A program made the position numbers and the translations under genes. From Haliotis rubra (taxonomy: Eukaryota), in NCBI RefSeq assembly GCF_003918875.1, contig NW_025766692.1:248001-312000 (forward strand): DNA of 64,000 nt, in the 5' to 3' direction. A model generated the notes under the pieces. That model had not been told where the DNA came from. It saw only the letters and a list, made by a program, of their open reading frames with translations, and made no database searches. Positions 52,423 through 64,000 of the stretch are shown here, one piece after another (the stretch's first letter is position 1; each line of letters opens with the position of its first letter).

Positions 52423-54344
52423 CTGAGAAAAACAAAGAAAAAAATCAGTAAATCAATAAAATAACAACAATATCATTATTGGATTATTTCTAAATACATC
52501 AGACCACTTGTTATACAAATACAGCAAAGCATCCAAGCACAGAACAATATTAATATTTATGATTAATATGAAATATACTAGTAACCACAATAACAGTCAT
52601 AGCATCCTCTTTTCTATTTAATTCTTGTTGCTTTTAAAAATTTAACCAATAGGAATATATAAGTTCACAATACATTGTTCAAAGGTAAACACATACTCTT
52701 CTCTATATAAAAACAACTACAATTTTAATAAATACAGTACTGTTGTTGAAGTAAAAACTAACTAAATGCAGTCTCTAAAAGCAGTGCAAGACAAAATGTT
52801 CCACATGGATGTCTGTCTTCTGTGAGTGCCTATCACACAGGTGTCAAGTGCCTATCACACGGTAGTGAGGCCCATGTACATCTGCAGCGTAACATCATGT
52901 AGAGAACGTCCCACTCAATCTGGTCTAAGACCCTGGTACACAAGGAACCAAACTACCACCTGACTCTACTTCCTTACAACTGTCCAATCACCTGTCAATT
53001 ACCTTGAACAAATACCAGCCCAAATAGCTGACTATACACCTGAAAGAGACCTGAAACACCATCTCTTCATTTATACTACACAAATGATGTTAATGAATAT
53101 TACTACAGAAAGCATGACAAATACCTGATTTATACACCTGGAAAGAAGTTAAACATCAACCCTTCTACATCTTCATAGATACTACTCAAAATGCTACAGA
53201 AAACCTGATATTACTGCAGTGAATCTGTCTGGGCATGAAACATTAACCATGATCACATGAGTGAGTGAGTGAGTGTGGTTTTACGCCGCTTTTAGCAATA
53301 TTCCACCAATATCACTGCAGGGGACACCCGAAATAGGCTGCACACATTGTACCCATGTGGGGAATCGAACCCGTGTCTTCAGTGTGACGAATGGACACTT
53401 TAACCATAAGGTGATCCCATCGCTCCCATGGTCACATGACAGAATTGCACGTTCTTTAACTTCTTTGGAGCAGAATATTATGGACTTATTTATTTTAGAT
53501 ATCTACATCTAATCATTTTGACAAATGGCCAAGATGTCAAAGATAAAGACTGGTTCAAGACGTATAGATTTTTACAAGTACTATTTCACATAATACACTG
53601 AAGCAGAGAAATTACTATTACTACTGACATGGAATAGCCACAAAAAATGTTGGGAATAGTCACAAAAAATGTTGAAAGTGAACAGTTAAGAGTTTATATT
53701 TCAGTGTGAATGTCACATTATAGAAAAAAAAAAATGTATGACATAAAATTTGAAAAAGGTCACATTCAAACAAAAATTAAACTTTTAATATAACTTTACC
53801 AAAAAGCAGTGTTACACTTTTGTCCAGGTATATATCAATGTTTTCACTTGAGAAAAGTGGTCCTCTGATTAGCCTCTGTATTGAACACTGTACCAGTAGC
53901 TATGGGATTTATGTCTCTTGTTTGAAAAGCTCATTGACAGATATGTCAGTTTATTCACCAAGAGGTTCAATCTGTACACAATTCATATCATGCATCCTGT
54001 GCAAGGGAGGTAACCAGTAGGTGCATGATGGGTATACCACAAAATAGGTCAATAATTCACTTAATCACATGCCACTACACAGTACATGCACAGACAAGAC
54101 AATTGGGTCCACACCCAACACTTCGAATATCAAAGGAACACCATGAGCTGATGGTGAAGACTTGCTTGTAAGTCTATATTTTCATTCACATTTGAACATG
54201 GACTTCAAGAAGAGCAGATTAAATTGCAGAAAACACAAAGTTGTAAATTTAACTTGTGATACACCACTCATGTCAAAAAAATTCTTTAAATTCATGACTT
54301 ATCAACATTACAATGTTTGAGATAAACATGTTTGTGGGGGTTTT

Positions 54345-54812
54345 CATCCTCGATAATCTCCAGGTTATACGGTCCGATAAAATCTCCACTATACCCTGGA
54401 TGCATCTATGGCTCGGCCCGATGATGTTATTACCTCCCTTGGCTGGCTTTTCATCCAATCAGGTGTCTACGCTGGGAAGTTGAGCGTACCAATCACAACT
54501 CACTTTCAATTCTTTTATCTAACCGATTAAACTTGACAACACAATTGCTGCAGAGGTACTCTGAAAGAGGTAGAAGGGGTTCTTGCATATATTTGTTGAA
54601 GGTTTCAGACCTGTCAATTTGTCTGTATGAATTTCCCCAAAATCTCGCACTGCGAACAAACCTTCGCAGCTGCGACCGCTCTCTTTGGCCACTGGTTGTA
54701 ACGCGGCGGCAGCTGACTGGCCACTGTGAGAATGCGGCGCCAGCAAAGGGAGGTAACAAATCTCCACTAGCACCATGGATGCATCTATGGCTCAGCCCAA
54801 TTATCGAGGATG
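54345..54812. mobile_element. Non-autonomous P-like element
   Basis: CATCCTCGATAAT...ATTATCGAGGATG TIRs, 7-bp TSD GGGTTTT, internal direct and inverted subterminal repeats. Confidence 0.75.
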
Positions 54813-57800
54813 GGGTTTTTATGAGAACTAAAACCTGAATCCATGCGTTTTAAACCTCTAAAAGTAAACAAGGGAAAGTGTTATGTCTAACTTACAACCA
54901 CCTGACCCTGACCCAAATAATTTGGAACATGTATCAACAATTTTATTTCAAACATACTTCATGTACACGTCAAGAAATAGATGTAAAATATTTATTGGCA
55001 TACATACACTGAAAAAACCCGAGAATCTTAAAAGCACTGAGATTTATCAGCCACTCTTTAGAAGGGTGGTCCACCACCTACTTGACTATAGATATGAAGA
55101 TTGCAAAGTTGATCCATAAACCAAACAGTTATTTATTTGTCAATAAACAGGAAAACTAACATGTTACAGTATCAGTGAAACATGGAAATGTAAGATCCCG
55201 GACACACTTTCAGATCCCATATGTGTGAGTTAACCTGCCAGGAGAACAGTAGGATGATATAAATGGAGGTATAACATGAGATTGACACTGCTTGTGGCTC
55301 GAGTTGCAACAGTGGAAGACCTTGAGGACTGAGGCCAGACAAGCCACAGGCCAGACTCCTGCTTCTTAAAGGTGAAATGATAAACCCTTAAAATACAACA
55401 GTGGGCGAGTATGGAATTATGCCGCTTTTAGCAATATTCCAGCAATATCACAGCAGGGGACACCAGAAATGGGCTTCACACATTGTACCCATGTGGGAAA
55501 TTGTATCTGGGTCTTCGGCGTGACGAGCGAATGCTTTAACCATTAGGCTACCCAACCACCCCTTTAAGATAAAATAAACATATGAAGTTTCATGTGAACA
55601 CTTGAGACAGCTGTTAAACCAGGAATACCTTCAAGTTTAGTTTTAAGTAATAAAATATATAAATAAATAAATGGTGATTGAGCCAAACAGTATTTTTGGG
55701 GTGAGCATTTTTCTGCTTTGCAGGTAAGTGGCACTTATCACCTCGTCTTTATACATGTTAAAGATCCTGTCCTGCCCTGGGCTCACGACAGGCATCAGGT
55801 ACGAGATATTGGCTGTGGGGAATGTGAGTGGCAGTGACCTTTCCCCGGTCTCCCTAACAGGCAGTAACACCACTCTCAACAGCATTTCACAGCATGTCAG
55901 CGAAATGTGGGAGGAAAACATCCAATGGGCCGCAGGTTGCAGATAATTACCACATTCAGGCAGGGTCCTCAAACATGTCTGAGGCACTGAAAGAATCTGG
56001 ACCAATCTCAGATTCAAACTCCAACCTTAGGAGCCTGGCACTGAACCTTACACTGCATGACCAACCAATGTGACCATATAGTGAATCATGAGCTTGTCAT
56101 TTTAGTTTTTAGCAATATCAGGTGACACCAGAAATGGGCTTCACACACTGTACCCATGTGGGGAATCGAACCCACCCACGTCTTTGGTGCGCTTTACTGC
56201 ACTTTATATATAGGAGTGAATGAGTTGGACTTTACGCCGCTTTAAGCAATAATCCAGCAATATCACAGTGGGGAACACCAGAAATGGGCTTCACACATTG
56301 TACCCATGTGGGGAATTGAGCCTGGGTCTTCGGCGTGACGAGCGAATGCTTTAACCACAAGGCTACCCCACCGCCACTTACACTGCATGAATCCCCTGCA
56401 GTTAGTACGCCTGACAACATCAACACAGAACATTGTTAATGACAAAAGGACAACCTCCTCACAAATTCCGCTCTGCCTATCTTTCATACAGACATATTTA
56501 TAATACCTGGCACCAACTGACACTGAAGGAAAGCATTACCTGTGACCCAAATTCACTCTCGCTATTTATGCTGGACAAATTTATTCATTGACACAGTTAA
56601 CTTCAAATATGCTTTTACGAGAGTTTCAACACACCCTGCCATGTCTACCACAAAGTAGGAGAACCAGTATATGAAGATTCTTAGGATAACAGAATTTACT
56701 GCCTGATGAGTAAGAGCAATTTCACGTGGCCTGTTCAGTTGGGAAAACGTCATACTTTAGAATTAGTAGTTAGGGTGGTACCATTAAGTAATATTTAGTT
56801 CTTGAGTATGTACATAACATTTTGAATAGTATGACTAAAAATTATGTTAGGATAATATGATGTACAAATAAATATTTAATTGTTTGGATGGCAGCAAGTG
56901 TAAAAAAATTGTCAGGATAACATTAAATTGCAAAAATTCTCATTATGTAGTTGAGTTTGATGGATAGTAGCATCAGTGTCATAGGTTAGATACTTGGATA
57001 TCTTTTATTGATCTCACAACATTATTAAGATAATGCTTGTAACAATAATATTTCTTGAACATATTAAATATTTATCTGAAATATTTTGCACTAACATTAG
57101 ACAAGACTCTTCAATGTTGTGATTTCATGAAACTACATCATGGTTGTAAAAAGTTGAACACTTCCTTTGAAAAACAGGCATAGTTACCTACTTTATCTTG
57201 CGATAGAGCAAATTATATCTGTACTCATTATATTACACACCTAGTACATTGTCTTGTTATGAAGGATTTTTAGAAGCCCCAATTCAGTGCTTGACACGAA
57301 CATCATTGTTTACACCAGCTATTTCCTTGTCCCTGACCTACTAATTAGAGATCGGTCCAGGGTCGTGACATGAGACACGATCTCCTCCCACGATTCCTTT
57401 AACTTCCTGTGCATGCATCATGGGACACAGATTCAAGCCGAGTTGAGAATTTAAACATACTATTTGCCTTGAACCTGTATTGTGTTGTTCAAATCAATGG
57501 AATTTTTTTTCTGAATCATTGAGTTGAAGAACTCACAACAACAGGAAAATACCAATAGCATAATTCAATTGCGTCTTCACTCTCTAGTGAGTGAGTTTGG
57601 TTTTATGCCTCTCTTAGCTATATTCCAGCAATATCTATTTTTTCTTCTTTCTTTTTTTAAAATTTATTATACCTGGAAAAAGTACAACATGTTTCAATTT
57701 ATCTCATTCTAGGTGTTTACATGACCAGGATTTTTACATAAGTACATGTATATCATTCACAATCATCCATACACACACTCACACCCACTAGAAGCTTTCA

Positions 57801-58212
57801 GTATTCATGTTGGATATTTTAAAAAACTGCAAAAAAATATTCAGGAAAGTTTTGGGGACATTCCAGCAATATCGTAGCGGAAGACACCAGAATCTTTACT
57901 CCCCAATTCTAATTACGATTCTTACTTGGTATCAGTAGTGGCTCAAATTTAAATTGGTTTTGGATGTTTGTCGGTTGTGAGTTCTAAGCAAGCAACCTTG
58001 TAGAAAGTCGAGCCTGGTTCATATCATGAGCATGGTTTCCTTGTGATGAATTCTAACCTGGAATCCAACCGGATGTAAACATTCGTAAAAATCATTTTTA
58101 TGCGTAGTAATTCTATTATTATTGTTATGAGTATCTCAATATCTTTAGCCACTTGAGGGTCACTCCATCCAACAAACAAGGAACAGGAGTAAAGAGAAAG
58201 GATGACATTATA

Positions 58213-58325
58213 TCAGCTGTAAACGCTGTCTCGATGGGTTTTTCATCACAGCACTCAAGGACAGCAGGCTATCTAGACAGACTGCCCACACGTCCGAATG
58301 CTCAGATTTGGCTAGTTGTCATCAT
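58213..58325 (-). ncRNA. Box C/D mgU2-19-like RNA, copy 3
   Basis: Identical to copy 1 except two substitutions, both in the 4-nt apical loop (CTCA to GTCT). Confidence 0.85.
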
Positions 58326-58679
58326 GGTGAGAGGAGAGGGAGGGACGAGAGAAAAACAGAGTGATACAAAGATGAGGGGATGAAGTCTGTCTCTAAGACT
58401 GAATTGAAATTAAGAATAAATTGAAAAATGAATCTAATTCAAGTGTAGCCAGTTTGTCTAGAAGAGGGTGAGGAATGTCTTGTGTGATTCTTTTCACTAA
58501 TGTCTTAGCTGTGTCACAATCAGGAAAGGCTATTAGGTGTTTACATCAACGATATCCATAGCTACTCCGTTCGGAATCAAACCCTGAAAAGTACATGTAG
58601 TGTAAATGCACTAACCGCTTTGCCACAAATGATTGAAACATCAGTTGAAACAGAGTTGGTGTTAACACTATGAATATGA

Positions 58680-59420
58680 CCTAATATGAAGACAAGGTAA
58701 ATACAGACAGTTGTCCCACACCAGGCAGCCTGTGATCTAAGTCTAGACCAATGATGAAGGCAAGGTAAATATAGGCATTTAACCCACAATATGACCTAGT
58801 GTGACCAATGATGAAGACAAGGTAAATACAGACAGTTGTCCCACACCAGGCAGCCTGTGATCTAAGTCTAGACCAATGATGAAGGCAAGGTAAATATAGG
58901 CATTTAGGCCAATGAGAAACAATAAACCTACAGTGTGACCATGATGAAGACCAGGTATACAGACAGTTATATACACACCAGGCCTGACCCCTGTGACCCA
59001 AGCATTTAGCCCAGAATATAGACCAATGATGAAGACAAGGTAAATACAGACAGTTATCCCACACCAGACTGCCTGTGACCCAAGTCCAGACCAATGATGA
59101 AGGCAAGGTAAATATAGGCATTTAGCCCAGAATATAGTGGTGACCAATGATGAAGACAAGGTAAATACAGACAGTTATACCACACCAGGCTGCCTGTGTC
59201 CCAAGTCCAGACCAATGATGAAGGTCAGGTAAATATAGGCATTTAACCCACAATATGACCTAAGTGGTGACCAACGATGAAGACAAGGTAAATAGAGACA
59301 GTTGTCCCACACCAGGCAGCCTGTGTCCCAAGTCCAGACCCATGATGAAGGCAAGGTAAATATAGGCATTTAGCCCAGAATATGACCTAGTGTGACCAAT
59401 GATGAAGACAAGGTAAATAC
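58680..59420. repeat. ~125-bp dimeric tandem repeat
   Basis: Alternating subunits beginning CCAATGATGAAGACAAGGTAAATA and CCAATGATGAAGGCAAGGTAAATA. Confidence 0.88.
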
Positions 59421-60379
59421 AGGCAGTCAGCCTTCACCACCTGTGTACTTTGTGTAGGTGTAGTGTGTGGCAGAGAGAGAGCAATGTATGATTCACTCTA
59501 CTGCAGTGCGGCTACGGCAGTGGCTGTTGGCGCTGAGTGAGGATGAGTCATTCTCCTCATTACACTGATGCAAACAGTAACACTGTTGCACTTCTTCATA
59601 ACACACATAGCATGTCAGTTTCAGTCATTGTAAAACTATGTTCAACACTTCATCACTGTCATATCATACAGCCACTTACAATCCCATGAGCAGCAGTTTT
59701 TCAAATACCTTTCAATACCTCATGAATACCCATTAGCTGTAATATCTTAGCTATCAAACCCTTAAATAGAATATCAACATCTGATGACATATCCTAGCAA
59801 GTGAATATAGCTTTGTATACCCTCATGATTAGCAAGTGAATATAGCTTTATATATCCTCATACTGAGGCTTTGTGTCCCAGTAGGAAGATATAGCATATT
59901 CATCTGACTTAATACAGCTTTCAGTATCCATGGAAATTGAAGTCAACATAGTGCCTAACATATGAATGCTCTTATGGCTTATAATCTCACCTAATCAGTT
60001 TATCTAACAGTTATTTGGGCTATCATCAGCTGTTTCCGTAAGTTCACAGACAACAATGTTACACATGATCTTATCGCTGTCACCTTGTGTTCCTGGAAGG
60101 AAATAAATAATCACAGTGCATCATAGGAATGGTCACAGGGCACAAAACAACTGATACTCAAAGCTCTTCTGAGTTATACAGCCTAAAAACCACTAGGACA
60201 GACTTGCCACAAAATCACAAATAGCCAAACACATTTCCACACGAACGGAACCATGTATCCCTAAACATTACATAGTTCAAGGCCCATTTATTTCCATGAC
60301 ATGCACTGATGATGGATAGTTCTTCATTCAGAAGCAGACGTTGCTTATTTTCTGACTACCCCTGTCCACTGCCTCCCTA

Positions 60380-61560
60380 CTGTCTTTGACTCTTGTCAAC
60401 TACCTGTCGATTGTCTGTGACTCCTGTCTACTGTATGTCTACTCCTTACTTCTCCCTGTCTACTGTCTGTAACTCTTGTCTATCTACTCCAGTCTTCCCT
60501 TGTCCACTGTCTATTACTGTCTTCCCCCGTCTACTGCCTGTGCCTATTGTCTATCTACTCCAGTCTTCCCTTGTCCACTGTCTATTACTGTCTTCCCCCG
60601 TCTACTGTCTGTGACTATTGTCTATCTACTCCAGTCTTCCCTTGTCCACTGTCTATTACTGTCTTCCCCTGTCTACTGCCTGTGACTATTGTCTATCTAC
60701 TCCAGTCTTCCCTTGTCCACTGTCTATTACTGTCTTCCCCTGTCTACTGTCTGTGACTCCTGTCTATCTACTCCAGTCTTCCCTTGTCCACTGTCTGTCT
60801 ATTACTGTCTTCCCCTGTCTACTGTCTGTGACTCCTGTCTATCTACTCCAGTCTTCCCTTGTCCACTGTCTGTCTATTACTGTCTTCCCTGTCTACTGCC
60901 TGTGACTCCTGTCTATCTACTCCAGTTTTCCCTTGTCCACTGTCTGTCTATTACTGTCTTCCCCTGTCTACTGTCTGTGACTCTTGTCTATCTACTCCAG
61001 TCTTCCCTTGTCCACTGTCTGTCTATTACGGTCTTCCCTGTCTACTGTCTGTGACTCTTGTCTAGTGTCTGTGTCTTCTGTCCACTGCCTGTCTACCCTT
61101 CCCCACATCTATTACTGTGACTTCCCTGTCTACTGTCTGTGACTCCTGTCTACTGCCTGTCTACCCTGTCCCTACATCTGTCTACTGTATGTCTTCCCCT
61201 GTCCCTGTCCACTGCCTGTCTACCCTTCCCTACATCTGCCCACTGTATGTCTAGTGTCTGTGACTTCTGTCCACTGCCTGTCTACCCTTCCCTACATCTG
61301 CCCACTGTATGTCTAGTGTCTGTGACTTCTGTCCACTGCCTGTCTACCCTTCCCTACATCTGTCCACTGTATGTCCAGTGTCTGTGACTTCTGTCCACTG
61401 CCTGTCTACCCTTCCCTACATCTGCCCACTGTATGTTTAGTGTCTGTGACTTCTGTCTACTCCTGTCCACTGACTGTCTACTCTCTGTGACTCTTGTTTA
61501 CCCCTGTCTACCTCTGTCCACTGCTGTCTATAGCATGTCTACCCCTCCCTACACCTGTCC
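60380..61560. repeat. CT-rich compound minisatellite (71-75-bp units, then ~64-bp units)
   Basis: Built from TGTCTACT/TGTCCACT motifs; ORF starts recur every 71 bp. Confidence 0.9.
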
Positions 61561-62734
61561 CAGGTGAAGACAGTGGCTGATCTACTGTTTACATAGTCTA
61601 CCCTTGCAGATTGTTGTTGCCAGGGAACTGCTCCACAATAAACAGTTGCCATGGTTATCCTGCTGCAGTTGTCTTTGCAAGTGTAGATTCATTAAGTAAA
61701 CAAATACTTTCAACAGTGGAATTTCATTCTGCAACCTGAATCATCTAACAATGAGATTGTAAACTTCAACTCTGACTTCAACGATAAACAAACTTCGTAC
61801 TTTAAAACATCTTGATATGATAGTGCATATTTTACTGTTGTACCAGGGCTGCCATTCACATAGATAACGGGAACAATGCAGCTCGACCAGGATTAATTCA
61901 CATTTAGACCATGACTATAATACACTGTGTGGCTACAATTCATTTAGACTGACTGACTGACTGACTGAGTTTGGTTTTACGCCGCTTTTAGCAATATTCC
62001 AGCAATATCACGGCGGGGACACCAGAAATGGGCTTCACTCATTGTACCCATGTGGGGATTCGAACCCGCATCTTCGGCGTGGCGAGCCAACGCTTTAACC
62101 ACTAGACTACCCCACCGCCCCAATTCAGTTAGACCATGGCTACAATTCAGTTAGACCATGATAACAGTCAACTGCAAGGTCATTACATAAGATTATTATC
62201 ACATTACTAATAAATACACCTGGAACAAATCAAGCACTAACTGTACTACTTTTCATACATCTAGAAATTCATGACCTTTTGGGAATATACATCATATTGA
62301 TAATGTCTAACATATCACCGACACCAAGTGATGTAACTTTAGAAAAAGATTTTGCATGTTTATTTGTTTATTAATGCCGTACTTAGCAATATTCCAGCTG
62401 TATGACGATGGTCTGTAAACACTCGAGCGTGGACCAGACGATCCAGTGATCAACATCATGAGCATCGATCTACGCAAGTCAGCGAGCCTGACCACCCGAC
62501 CAAGTTTGTCACCTCTTATGACAAGCATTGGTTGCTGCAGACCAATTCCAACCCGAATATTTATGGGTCTATGGGGTTTCAAAGTGCATCTATTAGTGTA
62601 TAGATTGTCAGAAAAGGAACATGAGATATGAGTACAAGTGAGTGTGTGAATATTGATTAATGCTACATCAGCAATTTTGCAGTTATTCCTGGCAAAGATA
62701 GGAGACATACATGGGGAATCAAAGAGTAGTCACA

Positions 62735-62903
62735 CTGACTGACTGACTGAGTTTAGTTTTACGCCGCTTTTAGCAATATTCCAGCAATATCACGGCGGGA
62801 GACACCAGAAATGGGCTTAACACATTGTGCCCATGTGGGGAATCGAACCCAGGTCTTCGGCGTGGCGAGCCAACGCCTTAACCACTAAGCTACCCCATCG
62901 CCC
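62735..62903 (-). mobile_element. Family A SINE, full length, with TSD
   Basis: Flanked by the direct repeat CAAAGAGTAGTCACA. Confidence 0.9.
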
Positions 62904-64000
62904 CAAAGAGTAGTCACAAATATTATTACAATGGATCAATCACTAAACATTACATAATCAATTTCAGTTACTCAATTTAAAGATGATGTCAGGAGACAGA
63001 AATCTTATACACCTAAAATCGTCCATTTTACTTGAAATTATATAGCAAGCAATGCTTAACATTCTTCCAGGTGTATATATTAAGATAATGTTGAATGGAT
63101 GAATAAGTGACTGGAATGTCTTAAGCACACAGTGATATGAAGAAATAATCAACATAAAGATGTTGTAAACAACTAAAAACAGGGGATGTGTCGCACTTCT
63201 TAAAATCAACGGGAACAATCTGCAGAAGCCTTTTTTGGTCACAACTTCGTGCCAGGAACGATGCTTGCGCTAGACAAAAATGGTCATCATCAAACTGGCA
63301 GGACAAAACTACCTCACATCTAACATCGACAGTGGTAAAATGCAAATAAAAGTGAACAGCACCCAGAGTTGGGGGAACATCATTGGTCCAGAGGTGACCA
63401 ATCAGAGTCAAGAAACTTCTCATTCAATAGCAGCGATATGCTTTTAAGTAAATCTCTTGAGTTATGAAATAAAATACATAGTTTTCATCCACAAATATTC
63501 ACAATCACAAGGCTGATCACAGGACATACGTCACCACAAATACATTGTCATCTTTTTGATTCGTCTAATGCAAATGTTTCCTCGAAATTTAAATGAATAA
63601 TTTTACAGAAAAAAATATTGACATTTGGTTCAAATTTGTAAGAATTTTGAGAAGTACTTTAATTTTAAATACTTCTATGACAGAAAGACAGACTTGTAAA
63701 ATAAATCACAAGAAAATTAGAACACCTCTTAACAAAAACCTGTATCCTTGGATTGTCTCCCTTATAACCATCAATTTGAATTTCCACTCATACATTTTGG
63801 AAGATTCTCAAGGCATTGATACATATTTCCAAGTCATATGAATCATTTAACACGATTCACTAGACCTTCTCAATTTATATGAAATATAATATTTTAAACA
63901 TCTTTACATATCTTACAAATATTAACCTTACAACTTATCTAAACCAAATTCATGAATTAATACAAATTATAACAGATACATCCAACCATGCAGAAAATTA

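Noticed and set aside
58439-58448. CTACACTTGA on the - strand, complementary to U2 nt 27-36 (mgU2-30-like guide), near copy 3
   Set aside because: Not followed by a D box, lies 5' rather than 3' of the mgU2-19 domain, and is absent beside copies 1 and 2
58680-59420. Repeated ATGATGA suggesting a snoRNA array
   Set aside because: Units lack consistently placed D boxes; simple tandem repeat

Overview
AT-rich, repeat-dense eukaryotic DNA. The SINE complement points to a mollusc, probably an abalone-like gastropod (inference). Two spliced protein-coding genes lie on the + strand. The first is a TSGA13-like (testis-specific gene 13) gene with five exons at 9424-16581; its first coding exon was not located. 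The second is a complete 7-exon NAA10/ARD1 (34355-43088, 170 aa). The most notable non-coding signal is a 113-nt box C/D RNA present in three near-identical copies on the - strand (27742-27854, 28395-28507, 58213-58325). It has C, D', C' and D boxes, an internal hairpin, and a D' guide matching the mgU2-19/SCARNA9-type guide for U2 snRNA Gm19. It also carries a second U2-complementary segment and a conserved 3' extension. No protein-coding host is visible, so non-coding minus-strand hosts are inferred. The remainder consists of three tRNA-type/V/Meta SINE families, non-autonomous DNA transposons (including four CAGG-ended elements with 5-bp TSDs), Helentron-like elements with internal satellite arrays, a Rex1/Babar LINE fragment and several minisatellites that generate spurious ORFs. 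All family and homology assignments come from recalled sequences and were not database-checked.
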